The translations under genes were made by a program, and so were the position numbers. Of a stretch of DNA of 20,888 nt, positions 18,501-20,888 are shown one piece after another. The number at the start of each line of letters is the position of its first letter. Within the stretch, counting starts at the first letter, position 1. Source of the DNA: Chthonomonadales bacterium (GTDB lineage: Bacteria > Armatimonadota > Chthonomonadetes > Chthonomonadales > Chthonomonadaceae); NCBI GenBank assembly GCA_038217285.1, contig JBBQPO010000084.1, positions 1 to 20,888 of the forward strand, given 5' to 3'. The notes below the pieces were generated by a model, which made no database searches, had not been told where the DNA came from, and saw only the letters and a program-made list of their open reading frames with translations.

Positions 18501-18874
18501 ATCTCACGTGCCGGTCGGAAAAAGTCGTAGCCAAACAGCGGCAGGGATTTCAATATCCCGACGTTCGTCGGCCCTGCACTCGGCCCGCTGCGATAATCCT
18601 GAAATTCACTCTTGGGAACTCCCTGAGTTGCCACGGGCGTCGTATTCGTAGGGTCGTTCAACACCAGCGGGTTGCCCCGAGGCGTGACCGGCGGCATGTG
18701 TACAGTGGGAGAGTCCGGAGTATGGACGGGCGGAGGGTTGGGAGTCTGGACAGACGAAGGGTTCGACGTCTGGGCAATGCTGCCGACCGCCAACAGTGCA
18801 AGCCCTCCTCCAAGTCCACCAAGGACGGCCCTATAGGCCCACCCACGTTTTAAGAGCGACAAACGTAGTTCCAT
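15590..18874 (-). CDS. Polysaccharide export protein with multiple SLBB domains (Wza/KpsD-like, 1094 aa)
   Basis: Signal peptide; LFGYDFF; Poly_export NYQIAPGDVV...VDPQGTI; repeated SLBB units (VSGDAYQPGTY, VHGEVLRPSI, IEGAVDQPNDY, VKGAVQKEGIY, IVGEVGTQGTY, IKGAVKTPG); C-terminal amphipathic helix; GGAGG RBS. Confidence 0.92.
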   Translation of the reverse strand: MELRLSLLKRGWAYRAVLGGLGGGLALLAVGSIAQTSNPSSVQTPNPPPVHTPDSPTVHMPPVTPRGNPLVLNDPTNTTPVATQGVPKSEFQDYRSGPSAGPTNVGILKSLPLFGYDFFRPAREIIDAHREYVKRVQRDRSDSAVARKTNDTFGGTSTRKTNGNTSSEDGSNSTGHRSNDPNGAGEPNDPNGGNSSNGTNRNTTGRNNGTSDNNGNGNDGNNSGNGRRTNGNDNSTDGNNSGNSRRSTGNDNSDNSGGPDTRMDVSDPLTQMINNFASTVPANYQIAPGDVVVFSYWSATTERSTIVRTVDPQGTITIEGIAPIVLLGKTVASAENTLKEQLGRFYRNVQVSLTLNKLRTIQVTVSGDAYQPGTYTVPSVASAYNLLFFAGGPTENGSLRNIELLRGGKKVGSLDMYKFELGLAQTTDFQLQAGDMLIVPPRLSRIAVHGEVLRPSILELTEGETLQDALRYAGGIRASGLNQSVRVNTLDPGKARIIQDVDVKDVAAAKAQKLYDGDEIEVFSVRALLTNRVSIEGAVDQPNDYPLTPNMRVSDLLNRARGPLNEAYLMRAELRRWNPDTTTTLQVIDLDKALAHDPQNDLILQKWDHLKVYTRDEIAYLGRRMVTVKGAVQKEGIYPISRNTHVSDLLRTSGGPTPDANLDKAFLIHQPDDGAPIKVDVNLGAIMRGDTTKDLEVQDNDQLIVYNVRQTQFTPDHIVQIVGEVGTQGTYPRSQGMKLSELVGMAGGFLPGSGQRVTIGHARHIVDAPNAKKGVEVVELDANHKVPTQEDPVLEDGDVVSVPGLGGYIPAVQKVLIKGAVKTPGYVFITSKNMHLSEAVREAGGLRTEAFPQGAEFFRNPDQLATAGQKQLTTSLGLLNDLLNDSQYQRERAKSRLDIIKATGQAQAANVLVPTAAPPPTTNAAAGAAGTQLANQELVSKARNNVGELSQPDGNIAVNLPLALRHPGTSDDIILLDGDTIDIPETPTTVLILGTVFHKRGVQYRPNETLQQYVDEAGGYAPDSAKDRIEVIRMGGGLTPIKKAGPIQPGDVIVIPSKVLAISIGNHANAISQFFSSLTSSALIYKFASSVFGL
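18116..18223 (-). repeat. 54-bp tandem duplication in the Asn/Gly/Ser-rich linker
   Basis: GGAGTTGTCGTTTCC...GTTACCGGAGTTGTTCCC at 18116 and 18170; encodes DGNNSGNGRRTNGNDNS / DGNNSGNSRRSTGNDNS. Confidence 0.85.
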
Positions 18875-18912
18875 CAGATCTCTAGCCTCCCCCTACCCGC
18901 ACACATTGTCTC

Positions 18913-18942
18913 AGTATATCTTATTTTTTTCGTAACTGTCTA
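18913..18942 (-). promoter_or_regulatory. Putative sigma70 promoter for the SLBB gene
   Basis: Minus strand TAGACA-N18-TATACT, ~40 bp upstream of ATG 18874. Confidence 0.5.
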
Positions 18943-18984
18943 GCCTAATACGACGGCATCAGGATCTCCCCAATAGACGCGTTA

Positions 18985-18993
18985 TGGTATAAT
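18985..18993 (+). promoter_or_regulatory. Extended -10 promoter for the 19068 operon
   Basis: TGGTATAAT is a perfect TGnTATAAT, ~75 bp upstream of ATG 19068. Confidence 0.55.
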
Positions 18994-19067
18994 TCAAGCG
19001 GAGATTTCCCGTAGTCCAGCTTTTCGACTGAGCCGAAAGCTACCGAGTTTCGCCAGGAGGTGCCCCC

Positions 19068-20405
19068 ATGACGACACTGGAATCGTGGCCACGCTGTCCC
19101 GCTGCTGCGGCCTTTTTTGAGACGCAGCTGCAGGTGTTTCTGGCGGCAAACCCGGACGTCAAGGCGATGGCGGCGCGTTTTATTTTCGGAGCGGGCGTTG
19201 CTCTGCACAACCTTGTAGACCACTGGACGCTCCCGGAGACCGAGGATCTGCGCGACCGCCTTTCGGCGATGGGGCTCTGTGAAACGACCACCTCCGACGG
19301 GGATCGCGTGTGGGAACATCCGCAGGCACGTCTGCCGCGCATTCGCCTCGAAGCGACGCTTTCAGCCCCTCGCCTGGCGCTTGCCGCCGAAAATCTGACC
19401 GACTTTGCCGAGGCCAACGCTCTCCCGGTGCAGGGCCAGCATGGCGACCCCGACTCCGGCTACGAAGAGGTCCGGTATCCGCTGTCGCATGGAGAACTGG
19501 CCGTCGTCGTGCGCCAGGGTTACGCCGGCTTCCAGCCCGGTGAGTTGACGCCCGCTGCCGCCCGCGCCCTGGCCCGTGCCCGACAGGCGTTCCACGACCG
19601 CCGCCGCGATGGCAGCGAGGTCGACGTGCTGCGCGACACGCAGGCACTGGTGGGGAGCATCCTCGATGAACTGGGAGTAGACCGCACGACCGATGAGTTC
19701 TTTGCCGCCGAGCGTGCGTACTATCTCACCCGCAATCGCGCTGCGCGCTGGCAGCACGGTCGGCAGACGGAGCTCGGGTTCGGGTGGGCCAACCACGACC
19801 ACCATACCTACCGGAGTTCGCGAACCGGCTTTCGGGCGCTGATGCAGTTGTGGCAGCAGTTGGGATTTATAAACCGCGAACGTTTCTATGCAGGCGCGGA
19901 AGCGGGTTGGGGCGCGCAGATCTGTGAGCACCCCGTCAGCCGCGTCGTCATCTTCGCGGATGTCGATATGGCTCCTACGGAGCTGGATATCGATTTCGCG
20001 GCGACGGAACTGCCGGCCGTCACCGAGCTCGGAACCATCGGTCTCTGGTGCGCCCTCCATGGCAGCAGCATCGGCCAGGCGGGGATGCATCACATCGAAT
20101 GCGAGTTCGATTTCGGCCAGGCGCAGGCGAATCTCGAAGCGGCGGACTTCCCGGTCATGGCACCGTTCACCGACCTTCCCATGCTGAAACAGGCGTTCAG
20201 CACAGCGGAGGTCTGGCCCGTCGCCGCCGAGCGTATCGAGGCCTTGGTGACTGCCGGGAGCATCACACAGGCGCAGGCAGATCGTTTCCGAGCGCAGGGC
20301 GCGCCCGGCAGCCATATCGAAATTCTTCAGCGCTGGGAAGGCTTCAAGGGCTTCAATAAGACCGGTGTCAGCAGCATCATCCGCGACACCGATGCGAGAA
20401 GGTAA
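19068..20405 (+). CDS. Hypothetical protein; predicted VOC-superfamily (HPPD/HglS-like) Fe(II) enzyme
   Basis: AGGAGG RBS; motifs NHDHHTYR, GMHHIECEF and IEILQRWEGFKGF parallel HPPD DH / GxQHI / FEIIQR...GF. Confidence 0.75.
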   Translation: MTTLESWPRCPAAAAFFETQLQVFLAANPDVKAMAARFIFGAGVALHNLVDHWTLPETEDLRDRLSAMGLCETTTSDGDRVWEHPQARLPRIRLEATLSAPRLALAAENLTDFAEANALPVQGQHGDPDSGYEEVRYPLSHGELAVVVRQGYAGFQPGELTPAAARALARARQAFHDRRRDGSEVDVLRDTQALVGSILDELGVDRTTDEFFAAERAYYLTRNRAARWQHGRQTELGFGWANHDHHTYRSSRTGFRALMQLWQQLGFINRERFYAGAEAGWGAQICEHPVSRVVIFADVDMAPTELDIDFAATELPAVTELGTIGLWCALHGSSIGQAGMHHIECEFDFGQAQANLEAADFPVMAPFTDLPMLKQAFSTAEVWPVAAERIEALVTAGSITQAQADRFRAQGAPGSHIEILQRWEGFKGFNKTGVSSIIRDTDARR

Positions 20406-20412
20406 GCACACA

Positions 20413-20888
20413 ATGGTCGATGGCAAGACAAACTTTATTGGCGGTGAATGGCGGTCCGCGCAGGACGACCAGACCTTTGACTCCGTCAATCCGGCACGGA
20501 TCGACGAGGTTCTGGGCGCCTTTGCGAGGTCGAAGAGGGCCGATGTCGAGGCGGCGGTCGCCGCTGCTGGGGCGGCTTTTCCAGCCTGGAGGCGTACCCC
20601 TGCCCCGGTGCGTGGCGCGAGGCTGTTTCGCATGGGGCAGTTGTTGGAGCGAGAGAAGGAGCGGCTCTCCCGCCTGATGGTCGCGGAGATGGGCAAGGTG
20701 CTGGTGGAGGCACGCGGCGATGTCCAGGAAGCCATCGATATGGCCTACTATATCGCGGCGTTCGGCCGAATGCCCAACGGCAGCGTCGTTCCCTCCGAGC
20801 GCGCCGATATGTACTGCACGGCGCAGAGAGTACCGGTCGGCGTCGTGGGGCTCATCACGCCGTGGAACTTTCCGATCGCCATCCCGAG
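20413..20888 (+). CDS. Aldehyde dehydrogenase (3' truncated by window edge)
   Basis: Manual translation MVDGKTNFIGGEW...NPA...AFPAWRRTPAPVRG...EMGKVLVEARGDVQEAID...PVGVVGLITPWNFPIAIP; starts 7 bp after the upstream stop; absent from the ORF track. Confidence 0.93.
   Translation, partial: MVDGKTNFIGGEWRSAQDDQTFDSVNPARIDEVLGAFARSKRADVEAAVAAAGAAFPAWRRTPAPVRGARLFRMGQLLEREKERLSRLMVAEMGKVLVEARGDVQEAIDMAYYIAAFGRMPNGSVVPSERADMYCTAQRVPVGVVGLITPWNFPIAIP

Noticed and set aside
15674-18853. 1059-aa + strand ORF and similar long antisense ORFs (6639..7865, 11610..12554, 13200..14297, 19362..20735)
   Set aside because: They mirror well-supported genes on the opposite strand, as expected from GC-rich codon bias.

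Overview
GC-rich bacterial genomic window; gene content and style tentatively suggest Armatimonadota (inference only). Left to right: a large secreted glycoside-hydrolase-like protein running off the left edge (not in the ORF track), a HapK/REDY-like protein, an AT-richer AAA_21 ATPase + RloB/TOPRIM cassette (AbiL/RloAB-like defence module), a Zn-dependent dehydrogenase and a small secreted protein. Next is a minus-strand run rpoZ (long acidic tail) - lidless dnaK - dnaJ - prmA - rsmE - acidic TPR-like protein, then a second Zn-dehydrogenase, a membrane protein and a large multi-SLBB polysaccharide export protein. A divergent operon starts with a 445-aa hypothetical protein and a truncated aldehyde dehydrogenase. 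Most interesting: (1) the 445-aa protein carries an HPPD/HglS-type His-His-Glu Fe(II) signature next to an ALDH, a candidate 2-oxoacid dioxygenase/decarboxylase pathway; (2) a REPIN-like element with compensatory hairpin changes between dnaJ and prmA, flanked by a duplication of the dnaJ 3' end; (3) an Hsp70 lacking its lid in the dnaK-dnaJ-prmA-rsmE locus; (4) a ~100-nt intergenic rod hairpin with a GAAA apex.
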